A DNA stretch of 64,000 nucleotides from Alphaproteobacteria bacterium (GTDB taxonomy: Bacteria > Pseudomonadota > Alphaproteobacteria > UBA828), in contig OZ243972.1 of the NCBI GenBank assembly GCA_965214705.1, positions 1,984,001 to 2,048,000 on the forward strand, in the 5' to 3' direction. The stretch's first letter is position 1, and each line of letters starts with the position of its first letter. Of the stretch, positions 9,722-20,217 are shown in pieces. The notes beneath the pieces were generated by a model. The model was not told the DNA's origin, did no database searches, and worked only from the letters and a program-made list of their open reading frames with translations. The position numbers were made by a program, and so were the translations under genes.

Positions 9722-10152
9722 GGCACCGGCTCCCGCACTTTCCTGTAACCGGGGACCCGCAATCGCCAGGTGCCCAGCGACCGTCCGTCTTCACGCGGCT
9801 CGAACAAGATCTCGTAGAGGCCAACCTCGAAGTACCCGCGCTCTGCGGTCACGGTCTGGCTCTGGCGCACCGGCTCCAGCAGCGTCGCGGACCAGACGAT
9901 GTCGATCCCATCCACGCTTATCTGCCCCGCGCGCTCCTCATGCGGATTGATGCCGGCGAGGTATTCGACCGCATGATGGGCCGCCGACATCTGTCGCGAC
10001 GCGTCGTGAGCGCGTCCCAGCGCGATCAGGTTGGTGTTGAAGAGGCCGTAGAGCGCCGTTGCGGCGCCGGCGAAGATCACCATCGCAACCATGGTCTCCA
10101 GGATCGAGAAGCCTGCAGACAGTGACCCTGCCGAGGAAGGCTGGCTAGGCAT
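9718..10152 (-). CDS. gspI: pseudopilin GspI-like
   Basis: GFSILETMVAMVIF prepilin motif; synteny. Confidence 0.75.
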   Translation of the reverse strand: MPSQPSSAGSLSAGFSILETMVAMVIFAGAATALYGLFNTNLIALGRAHDASRQMSAAHHAVEYLAGINPHEERAGQISVDGIDIVWSATLLEPVRQSQTVTAERGYFEVGLYEILFEPREDGRSLGTWRLRVPGYRKVREPVP

Positions 10153-10669
10153 GCGCCGCGACGTGGCAGTAGGGCGCTTCGAGAGCGAGACGCGCTTCGA
10201 TCCTGCCTTCGTGAAGCAGGGTGACCTCGGCCCCGAAGCAGACACCGTTCGCACCGATCACGAGGGGCCGGTCAAGGTCGATGGTCCAACCCTCCGGCAG
10301 GTCGATGACATAGGGCTTGGTATCCGCGTGGAACGGCGGGGCGGCGCGCGCTGCCGATGAGGCTGCGGCCGCCTCCGGCCCATCGGGTGCGGGGGGAGAG
10401 ACCACATAGGCCTGACCGTGACGTAGGGCTATTCGGCCGAGGCTCGCGAACTGGTCCAGGATGTATTCGCGGTCCGTCTTGCCTGCGATGCTTGCGTAAA
10501 GGCGCTCCGTATTGGGCGCCACCAGCGCGGTGATCATCGCCACGAGAAACAGGACGAACAGCATCTCTATCAACGTGAAGCCGCCCGCTGCACGAGTGCG
10601 GCTCGATCGGCCGGAGCGGTGGCGGTCGTGCGCAGTCTCCGCCGCATCACCACCGTCATGCCCGAACAT
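10145..10669 (-). CDS. gspH: pseudopilin GspH-like (start uncertain)
   Basis: GFTLIEMLFVLFLVAM prepilin motif; follows gspG. Confidence 0.7.
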   Translation of the reverse strand: MFGHDGGDAAETAHDRHRSGRSSRTRAAGGFTLIEMLFVLFLVAMITALVAPNTERLYASIAGKTDREYILDQFASLGRIALRHGQAYVVSPPAPDGPEAAAASSAARAAPPFHADTKPYVIDLPEGWTIDLDRPLVIGANGVCFGAEVTLLHEGRIEARLALEAPYCHVAAHA

Positions 10670-10762
10670 GCCCGGACCCGTTCCGGGTATCCGGGCATCC
10701 ACGTTCTTTGTACCGACCGCAAAAATAACCCGCGGGTGGCCGGGACAAGTCCGGTCATGACG
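10654..10762. repeat. REP/RIME-like palindromic element
   Basis: CGTCATG...CCGGGCATCCAC...GGTGGCCGGGACAAGTCCGGTCATGACG; resembles alphaproteobacterial GTCATG-type REP doublets. Confidence 0.6.
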
Positions 10763-10806
10763 TGTGGAGTGCGGCGCAAACGGATAGAAACGTCTCGAAC
10801 GGGTCA

Positions 10807-11349
10807 CTAGCGCGACTGCGGCTCTGTCGGAAGGTAGCCGACATCGGCATCGGTGCCGTCTCCACCATCCTGCGAGTCGGCGCCGAGCGAATAGAGAGCG
10901 AAGCCCTGAAGGTTGTCTGCCGGATAAAGGTATCGATAGGGCGCGTTCCACGGGTCTTCCGGCACCTCGCCGTCGAGATAGGGTCCGCTCCAGAAGTCTG
11001 TGGCCTCCGGCGGGGGGCGGACCAGGGCGGCGAGCCCTTCCGCAGTGGTGGGATATCTGCCCACGTCCAGGCGAAACGCCTGCAGGGCGCCACGCAGCAT
11101 TTTGACTTGAGTCTCGGCCGTCTTCACCTTCGACGTGTCGATCCTGCCGAAGAGTTGTGGTCCGACCAGCCCCGCCAGCAGGCCGAGTATGACGAGAACC
11201 ACCATGAGCTCGATGAGGGTGAATCCTGCATTGGGGGAACCTGCGACCGCCGCCTTGGATGCCCGGCGTCCCTTGCCCGGGCGCGGCCGGCGCGGCGTTG
11301 CTTTCCGGGTCCCCCGCTTGCGCGTTGACTGCGGTTCTGTGCCGGGCAT
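10807..11349 (-). CDS. gspG: major pseudopilin GspG
   Basis: GFTLIELMVVLVILGLLAG, GRYPTTAEGLAALV, GPYL, DPW, SLGAD. Confidence 0.95.
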   Translation of the reverse strand: MPGTEPQSTRKRGTRKATPRRPRPGKGRRASKAAVAGSPNAGFTLIELMVVLVILGLLAGLVGPQLFGRIDTSKVKTAETQVKMLRGALQAFRLDVGRYPTTAEGLAALVRPPPEATDFWSGPYLDGEVPEDPWNAPYRYLYPADNLQGFALYSLGADSQDGGDGTDADVGYLPTEPQSR

Positions 11350-11368
11350 CGCGGATCTCTCCGTCCGG

Positions 11369-12565
11369 TCAAAACGCGATATCGTTGACACTGGTGATCG
11401 CAAGAATGATTCCGATCATGATGACACCGAGGAATCCACCGACCAGCACGACGGCCAGCGGTTCGATCAGGGTGAGGAACCGCTTCATGCGCCGGCGGCT
11501 GTTCTCGTCATAGAGCGTCGCGAGCGCCCTCAGCATCTCGGCAAGCTGCCCCGATTGCTCGCCGACGCGAAGCAGGCTGTAACCGGTGGGCGTGAGCGCG
11601 CGGCGCTTCTCTAGTGCCGCCGAAAGCGAGGCGCCGCTGCGGACGTCGCTCGTCGCCTGCTCCAGCATTGCCTTGCGTCGGGTGATTCGCACGCTGCTTG
11701 CGGCAAGGCCCAGCGCGTCCAGGAGACCCACCCGACTCGCCAGCATGGCGCTCATGAGTGAAGCCCACTTTGCGGTATCCGTCTCGGTAAACCAGTCGGA
11801 AAGGATCGGCAGCGTGGAGAGGCTGTCCCGGACTCGCTGACGGACACCTTCGCGCCGTACGAGCAGAGCAATGGCAAGGGTGATGACGGCAAGAGCTGCT
11901 GCCAGCTGCCAGCCGTTGGCATTGAACCAGAGACCGGTGTGCATGACGGCTTCCGCCAGCACGGGCAGTTCATTTCCGGTCTCGAGCAAATTGGCGAATT
12001 GAGGGATCACGAAGACAAAGACGAGGAGCACTGCCGCGCAGCCGGCGACGATCAGGATCGACGGGTAGAGCAGCGCGCCGCGCATCTCCGTGGCGACCCG
12101 TTGATCGTACTGCATCTGATCGACGGCCTGGCGCAAAGCCCCCGCGAGCTGACCGTTCAATTCGCCGGCCTCCACCAGGCGATAAACGTAGTCCGGAAGA
12201 GCCAACTGTCCGGCGCGCAGGGCTTCGAGAAAGCTCTCTCCGCGCATGAGCCCCCTGGACATGGCCTCGAAGGCCTGGGCCAGCGAGGGATGCCGGGTGC
12301 CGCTGACTTGAGCCTGCACCGCATTGCCGAGCGAGACACCCGATTCAAGCAGTGTCGCCAATTCGTGAAGTGCCATCATCTGGTCTTGGGCGCCGAGCCG
12401 GCGGCGCAACAGCGGAGGCCGCGTTGCGCGGGGCTCCGTCACCTCGACCACGGTATGGCCCTCGGCACTCAGCTCGCGAACCAGGTCGGAAACAGAGGCG
12501 GCCTCAGCGACTCCCTTCACCACTCGACCGCTGCGATCGACGATCTCGTACTGATACTCCCGCAT
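11369..12565 (-). CDS. gspF: T2SS inner-membrane platform GspF
   Basis: ELATLLESGV, AGELNGQL, LLYP, VGEQSGQL, LIEP. Confidence 0.95.
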   Translation of the reverse strand: MREYQYEIVDRSGRVVKGVAEAASVSDLVRELSAEGHTVVEVTEPRATRPPLLRRRLGAQDQMMALHELATLLESGVSLGNAVQAQVSGTRHPSLAQAFEAMSRGLMRGESFLEALRAGQLALPDYVYRLVEAGELNGQLAGALRQAVDQMQYDQRVATEMRGALLYPSILIVAGCAAVLLVFVFVIPQFANLLETGNELPVLAEAVMHTGLWFNANGWQLAAALAVITLAIALLVRREGVRQRVRDSLSTLPILSDWFTETDTAKWASLMSAMLASRVGLLDALGLAASSVRITRRKAMLEQATSDVRSGASLSAALEKRRALTPTGYSLLRVGEQSGQLAEMLRALATLYDENSRRRMKRFLTLIEPLAVVLVGGFLGVIMIGIILAITSVNDIAF

Positions 12566-12571
12566 CGTGGA

Positions 12572-14287
12572 TCACTCCTCGAGCGTGAGGCGGGTCACTT
12601 CTTCCGCAGTGGTGCGACCATGGGAAGCCTTGAGCAGGCCGTCTTCCAGCAGGGTTCGATGACCCTGCTGCAAGGCCAGCGTCTTCAGTTCATTGAGTTT
12701 CGCCCCTGAAACGATGAGCTCCTGGAGTTCGCCGGTCACCGGAACGAGTTCGTAGATGCCGGTCCTGCCGGTGTAGCCGGTCCGTTCGCAGGCGTCGCAG
12801 CCGTGGACCGTCACCCAGCGGTCGCCGAGCAAGTCCGGAGGGATTCGCTCGAGGCTCTCGCCGAATGCGGAGGGCGGATCGATGGGCTCCGAGCAACGCG
12901 GACATGCCCTGCGCACGAGCCGCTGCGCCTGGACCCCGCGCACCGATGCAGCGACCAGAAACGGCTCCACGCCCATGTCGATCAGTCGCGTGAAGCTGGA
13001 CAGCGCGTCGTTGGTGTGGGCCGTGGACAGCACCAGGTGGCCAGTCATGGCCGAACGGATGGCGATTTCCGCCGTCTCCAGGTCGCGGATCTCGCCGATC
13101 ATGATGACGTCCGGATCCTGACGCAGAATGGCGCGCAAGGCGCGGGCGAAGGTATAGCCGATCTCCGCGTGCGTCTGAATCTGGGTGATGTTGGGCATCT
13201 GGTGCTCGACCGGGTCCTCCACCGTGATGAGCTTCTTGACGCCGTCGTCGATCTCCGTGAGCGCCGAGGCAAGCGTCGTGGATTTCCCCGACCCCGTTGG
13301 TCCGGTCACCAGAATGATGCCGCTGCTGGTCTGGAACCAGCGCCGGAACTGGGAGAGATGATCCGCCTCCATGCCCAGATTCGTCAGGACAAGGTCCGCC
13401 CGCTCCTTCGCCAGCATCCGCAAGACCACGGACTCCCCGAAGGCGCAGGGCACCGTCGACACACGGATGTCCATCTCCTGGCCGGCAATCCGGGTCGAGA
13501 TCCGCCCGTCCTGGGGCAGCCGCCGTTCCGCAATGTCGAGGCCCGATACGAGCTTGATGCGGGATGCGACGGCCGGAAACCGCTCGACCGGTTGCGTCTG
13601 CTTGGTTTGCAGCACGCCGTCGACGCGCATGCGAACCAGGAAATGCTCCTCCGTCGGTTCGATGTGGATGTCCGAGGCCTTCACGTAGACGGCCTGCGCA
13701 AGAAGATTGTTCACGAACTCGATGATCGGCGCCTCTTCGGCCATTTCCGTCAGCTGCCTGGTATCGTCGCCGGAGTAGGGAGCCTGGCTCGCCCGCTCCT
13801 TCTTCACGAACTCGAGAAGATGGTCGATCTGGTGGCCGGTAGCGAGACAATACTTGACCGTTTCGTCCGGATAAAAGTAGCTGAGAACGGCCAGAACGCC
13901 ATGATCCATGATGTCCCGCGCGATACAAAAGAGCTGGCCGTTGCGGCGCCACATCAGCACGCCATTGTCGAGAAACCACTCCTTCTTGATCGGTGCCTCG
14001 GAAATGAACTCATAGACGTCTTTCTTTCCGGGAAGCTCCTCCGCGTTGCGGAGATATTCCGCTCCCTGTATTTCGGCGATTCTTTGAAGAAGAAGGTCTT
14101 CGGAAATGGTGCCGGTCCGCAGAAGTACGGCGTCGAGCCTGCCGCCGATCGAGCGTTGTATCTGCAGGGCTTTGTCCATGTCGGCCTGCTGAACATCGTT
14201 TCTCTCAACCAGCAGTTCGGCAAGGCGCTGCCCGGAATACCCGCCCGATGTTGCGGCGTCCGACACGCGTTCCGGCGACTTGGGCAT
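12572..14287 (-). CDS. gspE: T2SS ATPase GspE (start may be as far up as 14389)
   Basis: ASDIHIEP, GPTGSGKST, TVEDPVE, LRQDPDVIMIGEIRD, Cys motif. Confidence 0.95.
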   Translation of the reverse strand: MPKSPERVSDAATSGGYSGQRLAELLVERNDVQQADMDKALQIQRSIGGRLDAVLLRTGTISEDLLLQRIAEIQGAEYLRNAEELPGKKDVYEFISEAPIKKEWFLDNGVLMWRRNGQLFCIARDIMDHGVLAVLSYFYPDETVKYCLATGHQIDHLLEFVKKERASQAPYSGDDTRQLTEMAEEAPIIEFVNNLLAQAVYVKASDIHIEPTEEHFLVRMRVDGVLQTKQTQPVERFPAVASRIKLVSGLDIAERRLPQDGRISTRIAGQEMDIRVSTVPCAFGESVVLRMLAKERADLVLTNLGMEADHLSQFRRWFQTSSGIILVTGPTGSGKSTTLASALTEIDDGVKKLITVEDPVEHQMPNITQIQTHAEIGYTFARALRAILRQDPDVIMIGEIRDLETAEIAIRSAMTGHLVLSTAHTNDALSSFTRLIDMGVEPFLVAASVRGVQAQRLVRRACPRCSEPIDPPSAFGESLERIPPDLLGDRWVTVHGCDACERTGYTGRTGIYELVPVTGELQELIVSGAKLNELKTLALQQGHRTLLEDGLLKASHGRTTAEEVTRLTLEE

Positions 14288-14389
14288 TGGCGGTTGGACT
14301 CCAGCGTCTGGTGTCGGTTCACATACCGTAGCAATTACGCCTGCGTCTGACGAGAGGCGCGCGCTCGGACGGCACGGGGATTCAAGCAT

Positions 14390-15088
14390 CTACCACTCCC
14401 ACACACCCGTCGATTTTAGGCCCCAGAGCAGCAGGGCCACACCGCCGAGATAGGCGCCGAAGGCGACCCTGCTCGTCGCGGGAACCCCGGTTCCCCGGCG
14501 CCAGGACTGCAGCAGAACGACCATGAGTCCAGCCACGGCAGCGATGAGGACCAGGGGCGGCAGCCAAGCCGGGCCGAGCCAGGCGCCCAGTCCGGCCATC
14601 AACTTCACATCGCCCAGGCCGAGCCCCTCGATGCCGCGGTAGCGGAAATAGAGGAAGCGCAGCAAGAAGAAGCTACCGCCGCCGATCGCCGCTCCGATCA
14701 GCGCCTCGGTGAAGCCCGGTGACGGCAGGAACAGCGCCGCCAGCAAGCCGCTCGCCAGCACTGTTGCCGTCAGGCTGTCTGGTAGAATTTGGTGCCGCAA
14801 ATCGGCGATCACCAGCAGAACGAGCAGCCATCCCAGGAAGCATCCTGCCGCGGCTTGTGCATCGTCTCGCACCAGCACAGCGGTGACGATCACCACAGCG
14901 ATCATCGCGAATTCCAGAACCGGAACGACGGGCGAGATTTTCGCGCCACAATGAGGGCATCGGCCGCGACGCATAAGCCACGGGATCAGAGGCACCAAGT
15001 CAGGGGATACGAGCCTGAAGCCCGAGTCCTGGCAGCAATAGCGCGCGCTAATCACGGCGGTTGTTCCGCCACACGGCACAGCCGGCAT
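14390..15088 (-). CDS. gspO: prepilin peptidase (N-terminus degenerate)
   Basis: RGRCPHCG, ADLRHQILPD, GLGLGDVKL, AFGAYL; first TM and first CxxC missing or altered. Confidence 0.85.
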   Translation of the reverse strand: MPAVPCGGTTAVISARYCCQDSGFRLVSPDLVPLIPWLMRRGRCPHCGAKISPVVPVLEFAMIAVVIVTAVLVRDDAQAAAGCFLGWLLVLLVIADLRHQILPDSLTATVLASGLLAALFLPSPGFTEALIGAAIGGGSFFLLRFLYFRYRGIEGLGLGDVKLMAGLGAWLGPAWLPPLVLIAAVAGLMVVLLQSWRRGTGVPATSRVAFGAYLGGVALLLWGLKSTGVWEW

Positions 15089-15297
15089 CCGACCTTCGGG
15101 CTTACGGTCGGCTCACTGCTCGGGCTCTGAATACCCCTTGTCATCCGGAGCATTCCTCGAGCATAGAGCCGTGTCTGGCGGAGCCCATCGATCACCGGCT
15201 CGGAGGCACAACGTACGGCGAGAGGCCAACACTCTCAGCAAATAGAATTTGCGCACCAGGAAAATGCGTCGCACCTACCACACGTCCGAAGCGGAAA

Positions 15298-17406
15298 TTA
15301 CTGACCACCAGGCAGGAGCGGCGGTCCAGGATCGTCGGCGATAAACGAATGCAGGTCCAGACGGTCTCGGATCTGCCGCGTCAGCTCCCAGCCCTCTTCG
15401 TGATTGGTGATCACGTACGGCGTCACCATGATCAGCAATTCCGTTCGATCTTCCTGAATGGAGTCGGCACGAAATAGCTGGCCAATCCCTGGCAGTTGCC
15501 CGAGGATGGGAACGCCAGTTTCGCCTGCACTTTGGCTGCCGGAAATGAGGCCGCCGAGCAGCAACGATCCGCCGTCCTTGAGCGTCAGGCTGGTGCTGAT
15601 CTGACGGTTCAGGATTGTGGGAGTGCCCGCTAGGCTCGTCGCTGCGGTCGGCCGCGCTTCGCTGAGTTGCTGCGAAATCTGCAGGTCGACTAGCCCGTTG
15701 GCCTGTACAACCGGCTTGATCTCAAGTTGCACGCCGGTCTTGCGGTAGGTGACGTCCTGCAGGATGTTGACTGAATCGACGGTCTGACGATCCTCTTCCG
15801 AAATTCGTGTGATTATAGGGATCTCGTTGCCGACATCGATCGTTGCAGTCTCACCGCTCTTGACGAGAAGGCGCGGCCGAGACCGGATTACGACCCGGTC
15901 GTCCCTGTAGAACAGGTTCAACGCCGCGCGCGTCTCTCCGGCATTGTCCAGAGTCACCGTCAAGCCTGAGCCGCCAAGACCCAGGCCGCCCAGCGTGCCG
16001 GCAAGACCATAGTCATCGACGCTGCCCCTCAAGAGAAACTCGATACCCGATTTCTCCTGATCGGACAGCGTGACTTCCGCAATCAGCACTTCGATCAACG
16101 CCGACGGCACGGACCTGTCGAGTTTTTCGATCACGCTTCGAATCTCGGCCCACTCCTTGCCGGAGCCCCGGAAGAGCAGCATGTTGCGATTCTTGTCGAC
16201 GACGATTCTGGCGCTGGCCGGTTGCGCCTCGGTGGGCCGGGACCCCCGTTCGCCTTCGCCTGCGGCCATCGCGTCCGGCTGAGGTTCGCCGGCCAGACCG
16301 GAGCCGAACATGCGGTTCAGGGTATCGGTCAGCTCTTCTGCCTGGGTATTGAGAACCTCGTACGCAAAAACCGCCGAATCGATCGACTCCTTGCGGCGGG
16401 AATCCAGAAGACGCGCCCATTGCTCGACGTGGTCGAGCGTGGCCTGGTCTGCCGCGAAGGCGACCATCTTGTCCACCTCCGTCAAGGCGAGAAGTATAAT
16501 CGAACCGCCAACTCCGCCGGTGCCGATGCTCGCCTGATACCCTTCGGCGTTGAGAACTTCGTTCAGCGCCCGTGCCAAGTCCTGGGACCGCATGAAGACG
16601 GGTTCGATAATGACGCCGTAGCGCCCGCGCAGTAACGGCTGGTCGAGCACCTCGATCATGGCGAGAGCACGCGCAAGCATGTCGCTGTTGCCCTTGAGCA
16701 GCAGGGCATTGCGATCGGGGTCCTCGATGACTTCCAGGTCCTGGCGGTCGAATGCCGCACTCAACCATCCCCGGACTTGCGGACCGCGAACCACCTTGAG
16801 CTGCACCAACTGGAAAATCACGCGATGGCTGGGCGGAACATCCGGCAACGCACGACCGCTGACGAACAGGGGAACATCGCGCGAGGCGATGTCCTGGCTC
16901 GGAACGAAGGTTAGGATACCTTCCTCTGCCGCTACGATGTCGACGCCGTACTCGCGCAGAACCCGACGGGCCGTCGCAAAGAGCTGGCGCGGCGGCAGTG
17001 GCTCCGTCAACTTGAGAGTCACGAGATCCGACTTGCGTCGCAAGCCCGGTGAAATCAAGAACGACATCCCCAGCTCTTCACCAAAAATTTCGTTGATGAA
17101 GGGCACAAGAGGAATGTTGTGAAAGCTGACACGGATGGGATTTCCGGAGAGATCTTCGCCCAGCCGGTCGGTAATGCCCTCAGCCACCGAACGCTGGATC
17201 ACCACCCCCGGGGTTCGGGACGTGCGCAACTCCTGCTCCACCGGTGTCTCCGCCGGCACTGGCTCCTCCTGCGCCGCGGACACATATTCCTTTGGCGGGC
17301 GGATCGGTTCCGGTAACGGGTCAACCCGAAGTTCCGCACATGCCGACAGTAGCCCCATCACCACCACCAGCATGGCCGAAAAAATGGCGGGACTAGGAAT
17401 TCTCAC
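15298..17406 (-). CDS. gspD: secretin GspD with lipoprotein signal
   Basis: LLSAC lipobox, N domains, LIEVLIAEV, GVPILGQLPGIGQLF, RTELLIMVTP. Confidence 0.95.
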   Translation of the reverse strand: MRIPSPAIFSAMLVVVMGLLSACAELRVDPLPEPIRPPKEYVSAAQEEPVPAETPVEQELRTSRTPGVVIQRSVAEGITDRLGEDLSGNPIRVSFHNIPLVPFINEIFGEELGMSFLISPGLRRKSDLVTLKLTEPLPPRQLFATARRVLREYGVDIVAAEEGILTFVPSQDIASRDVPLFVSGRALPDVPPSHRVIFQLVQLKVVRGPQVRGWLSAAFDRQDLEVIEDPDRNALLLKGNSDMLARALAMIEVLDQPLLRGRYGVIIEPVFMRSQDLARALNEVLNAEGYQASIGTGGVGGSIILLALTEVDKMVAFAADQATLDHVEQWARLLDSRRKESIDSAVFAYEVLNTQAEELTDTLNRMFGSGLAGEPQPDAMAAGEGERGSRPTEAQPASARIVVDKNRNMLLFRGSGKEWAEIRSVIEKLDRSVPSALIEVLIAEVTLSDQEKSGIEFLLRGSVDDYGLAGTLGGLGLGGSGLTVTLDNAGETRAALNLFYRDDRVVIRSRPRLLVKSGETATIDVGNEIPIITRISEEDRQTVDSVNILQDVTYRKTGVQLEIKPVVQANGLVDLQISQQLSEARPTAATSLAGTPTILNRQISTSLTLKDGGSLLLGGLISGSQSAGETGVPILGQLPGIGQLFRADSIQEDRTELLIMVTPYVITNHEEGWELTRQIRDRLDLHSFIADDPGPPLLPGGQ

Positions 17407-17960
17407 CTCGCCTCCCCAACATCTTGGTCATGTGCCTCGGTTCTCCCAGCCCGCTGTGCGTCATTCGCGATGGAGGGGAACAACAACAGCTCCTCTTCCG
17501 GAAGATCCTCCGCTTTGATCGTGAGACTGTTGTCCGTAACGGAGACCAGAACGCGGCCATCCGGCAGTGTATCGCCGGCGACAAATCTCTCAATTCCGAC
17601 GTTCGGAACGGCAAGCAACACTGTGCGCTGATCCTGCACGGTAATCAACCCAACAAAGTTCATCTTCAGGAGTTCGGGATTGATCCTCGGAGCAGATTGC
17701 GGGTTCGACGTGCTCGGTTCGACGGGCTCTTTCGATGACGGCTGAACATTGCCCCAGCGCCGGCTCGCGAGCAGGGACCCAAGATCTTCTCCGGCTGCCA
17801 GAGCGGCAACGTGGCTGGACAACGCGTCGACGGGCGCCGAGCGAACCGTCACATCGACTTCCGGCACGTGAACGGGCGTAGCGTACGCCGCCGCGATGGT
17901 GGCGCAGCAGGCCAAACCCGCAAGAAGCCAGCGCCGCCAGCCCGATAGTAGCCAGTTCAT
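17403..17960 (-). CDS. GspC/PilP-like T2SS protein
   Basis: N-terminal TM, FVGLI...VAGDTLPDG...VSVT pattern; stop overlaps gspD start. Confidence 0.6.
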   Translation of the reverse strand: MNWLLSGWRRWLLAGLACCATIAAAYATPVHVPEVDVTVRSAPVDALSSHVAALAAGEDLGSLLASRRWGNVQPSSKEPVEPSTSNPQSAPRINPELLKMNFVGLITVQDQRTVLLAVPNVGIERFVAGDTLPDGRVLVSVTDNSLTIKAEDLPEEELLLFPSIANDAQRAGRTEAHDQDVGEAR

Positions 17961-18039
17961 TGTACTCCCCGCGGCGGCGATGAGATCCGGGACAGCCGTC
18001 GCATGTACGCCACGGCGATCGGCAGAGTTGCCTGTGCTT

Positions 18040-18828
18040 AAGTTTTGCCGCAAGTATAGACGACACTTCAACGACGGGAAGCAATTACTTGGCTCAACGG
18101 TCGGCCAACTGATCAATTCGCAGGCGTCTTCGCGGCCCTCCCTCCTAAAATACGCAGCGGTTTGCTACGACCAAAGCAATGGGGCTTTCGATATCACGTC
18201 GGGTGTGTTTCGTCGCGTATGGCACGCAGCCCGGCAAACCCTGCCGTCACACGGGGAAATCGACGCTTGTTTGACCAAAGTTGGTTGGGACAAGGTTCAA
18301 CATTCCGATGGAAAGGTATACCTGTCTGTGCCGGGTATGGAACTGGATTTCGGAGGCGTTGTGAAGGAATACGCCGCCGATGCGGCCGCCGTTCTCGCCA
18401 GACAACTCGGTATTCGCCATGGTCTGATCAATCTCGGCGGCGACATCTGTATCGTCGGTCCGCAGGCGAGTGACGAGCCTTGGCCGATCGGCATCGTTCA
18501 TCCGCTGAAGACGAACTCTCCAATTGCCACGGTTTGGCTCTTGGAAGGTGCGCTCGCGACCTCGGGCGGATATGAGCGATTCATGGAAATAGAAGGACGA
18601 CGGTACAGTCACCTGATCGATCCCCGGACCGGCTGGCCCATCGACGGGCTGTTGAGCGTCAGTGTTGTTGCGGCCCAGGCGGTTGTCGCAGGTTCCATTG
18701 CTTCGGTGGCGTTGCTGCAACAGCAAGGGAACGGCTTGGAATGGCTTGAGCGATGCGACACGCCCTATCTTGCCATCGACTCGGAGCTCTCTTGCCATGG
18801 CCACCTGGTTGACAGAGTGACGACATGA
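18040..18828 (+). pseudogene. apbE: FAD:protein FMN transferase ApbE, N-terminus eroded
   Basis: GAFDITSG, LDFGGVVKEYAAD, INLGGDI, ATSGGYER, HLIDPRTG; no recognisable N-terminal part or start; lower GC. Confidence 0.75.
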
Positions 18829-18941
18829 GACGGCATTACCTGGGGAACGTTGAGAATATGTTCAGTTGACGATGACTGCCAACGTGCCTACTCGCCAACG
18901 GGATTACACAGCTTATTTGACTGTCAGGCGCCCACGACTAA

Positions 18942-20207
18942 TCAGACGAAGAACGCAAAGTCTTCGGTATTGTTGAGTGGGAAGCGCACGGCACCCGCCG
19001 AGTGCTCGACGCCGAGGTAGCGGCGCAGCGCCTTGTGCACGTGCTTCGGGTAGATGATCGTGCCGTAGGTGTCGTCGCGGCGGAGCGTCGCCGGGTCGAT
19101 CTTGTAGGCGAAGTGCAGGCCGTCCGTCTCGCCCACCGCGCGCCCGGTCCATGACCGGTTCTTCTCCATGACCGCGTAGCTGCCGATCGGCCAGTGATCC
19201 TTGCCGTTCACCGAGTTGTAGAAGTTGGTGCGCCCGAAGTCCGAGCCGATCACCACCACCATGCGGTCGGCCACGCCGTGCTCCTCGGCGTAGTCCCAGA
19301 GGTAATCCACCGCATCGGTGAGGTTCTCGAACAGCCATTCGTGGAGGGGATCATGATTGGAGTGGGTGTCGAAGCCACCGAGCCACAGGTCTGCGCTGAC
19401 CGCGACCCCGGTCTTGAAGGCCAGCACCGTGAGCTGCGCCTGCCGGCGCAGGGAGCTGCGGTTGTCCTGCGTTTCCACCGGCTGCTCGAGTTGGTCTTCC
19501 GGCGGGATGGCATCGGCATAGGCCTTCAGGCCCTCGGCAGCAAAGGACGAGCCATAGAAGCCGAGATGCATCTCGTCCCCCGGCAGCAGGTCCGGGGCCG
19601 CAGAAAGACGTGCCACCGTCGCCGCCCGGTGCGATGCCATCGCCTCCCAGTCCTCGTCGCTGAAGAACGACCCCATGTCGTCGATGGGAGAGGCGATCTC
19701 GTGCAGCAGACGCGGATCGTCGAGGCGGGTGAAGCGTGTAAGCCCCGCGGTGTTCGAGAAGCCGCCGAAGCTCAGATAGGGCACCGGAAGCGTCGGCGCA
19801 TAATGGGCGGCGCAGAGTGCGCCCAGCGTCGGATAGCCCTCGGAGTTCCGCCCGCTCCAGTTGTGGACGATGCCGACCGAGTGCGCGTTCGTCTGGGCGT
19901 CGACGCCGTTGATGACCAGCATCATGCGGTGATACTTCTCGAAGAACACTTGGTTGCCGGCGAAGGGGGCATAGGGGATGTTGCCGGCTTGGCGGATCTC
20001 GTCGGTCTCCGCCCAGTGGTTGATGACCTTCTCGCCCGGTGTATTGGCCTTGGGGTCGCAGAAGCTGGTGGGGTCCCAGCCGCCATCGGCCTGCACGAAG
20101 ACGAAGAGCTTGCCGGAATGGTCTGCGGCATGGACCAGCGGCAGGCGGAAGCCCGGCGCCGCAGCTGCGAGGGCCAGCAGACCCTTGAGCACGGAGCGTC
20201 GGTTCAT
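18942..20207 (-). CDS. Tat-exported DUF1501-family protein
   Basis: MNRRSVLK twin-Arg signal, GGWD, GGFDTH, SDFGRT, GKDHW. Confidence 0.85.
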   Translation of the reverse strand: MNRRSVLKGLLALAAAAPGFRLPLVHAADHSGKLFVFVQADGGWDPTSFCDPKANTPGEKVINHWAETDEIRQAGNIPYAPFAGNQVFFEKYHRMMLVINGVDAQTNAHSVGIVHNWSGRNSEGYPTLGALCAAHYAPTLPVPYLSFGGFSNTAGLTRFTRLDDPRLLHEIASPIDDMGSFFSDEDWEAMASHRAATVARLSAAPDLLPGDEMHLGFYGSSFAAEGLKAYADAIPPEDQLEQPVETQDNRSSLRRQAQLTVLAFKTGVAVSADLWLGGFDTHSNHDPLHEWLFENLTDAVDYLWDYAEEHGVADRMVVVIGSDFGRTNFYNSVNGKDHWPIGSYAVMEKNRSWTGRAVGETDGLHFAYKIDPATLRRDDTYGTIIYPKHVHKALRRYLGVEHSAGAVRFPLNNTEDFAFFV

Positions 20208-20217
20208 CCCCGGCCTC

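Noticed and set aside
15089-15130. Inverted N-terminal segment of the prepilin peptidase (FGLTVGSLLG on the + strand)
   Set aside because: Resembles the missing first TM motif but is too short to distinguish from chance without an alignment.
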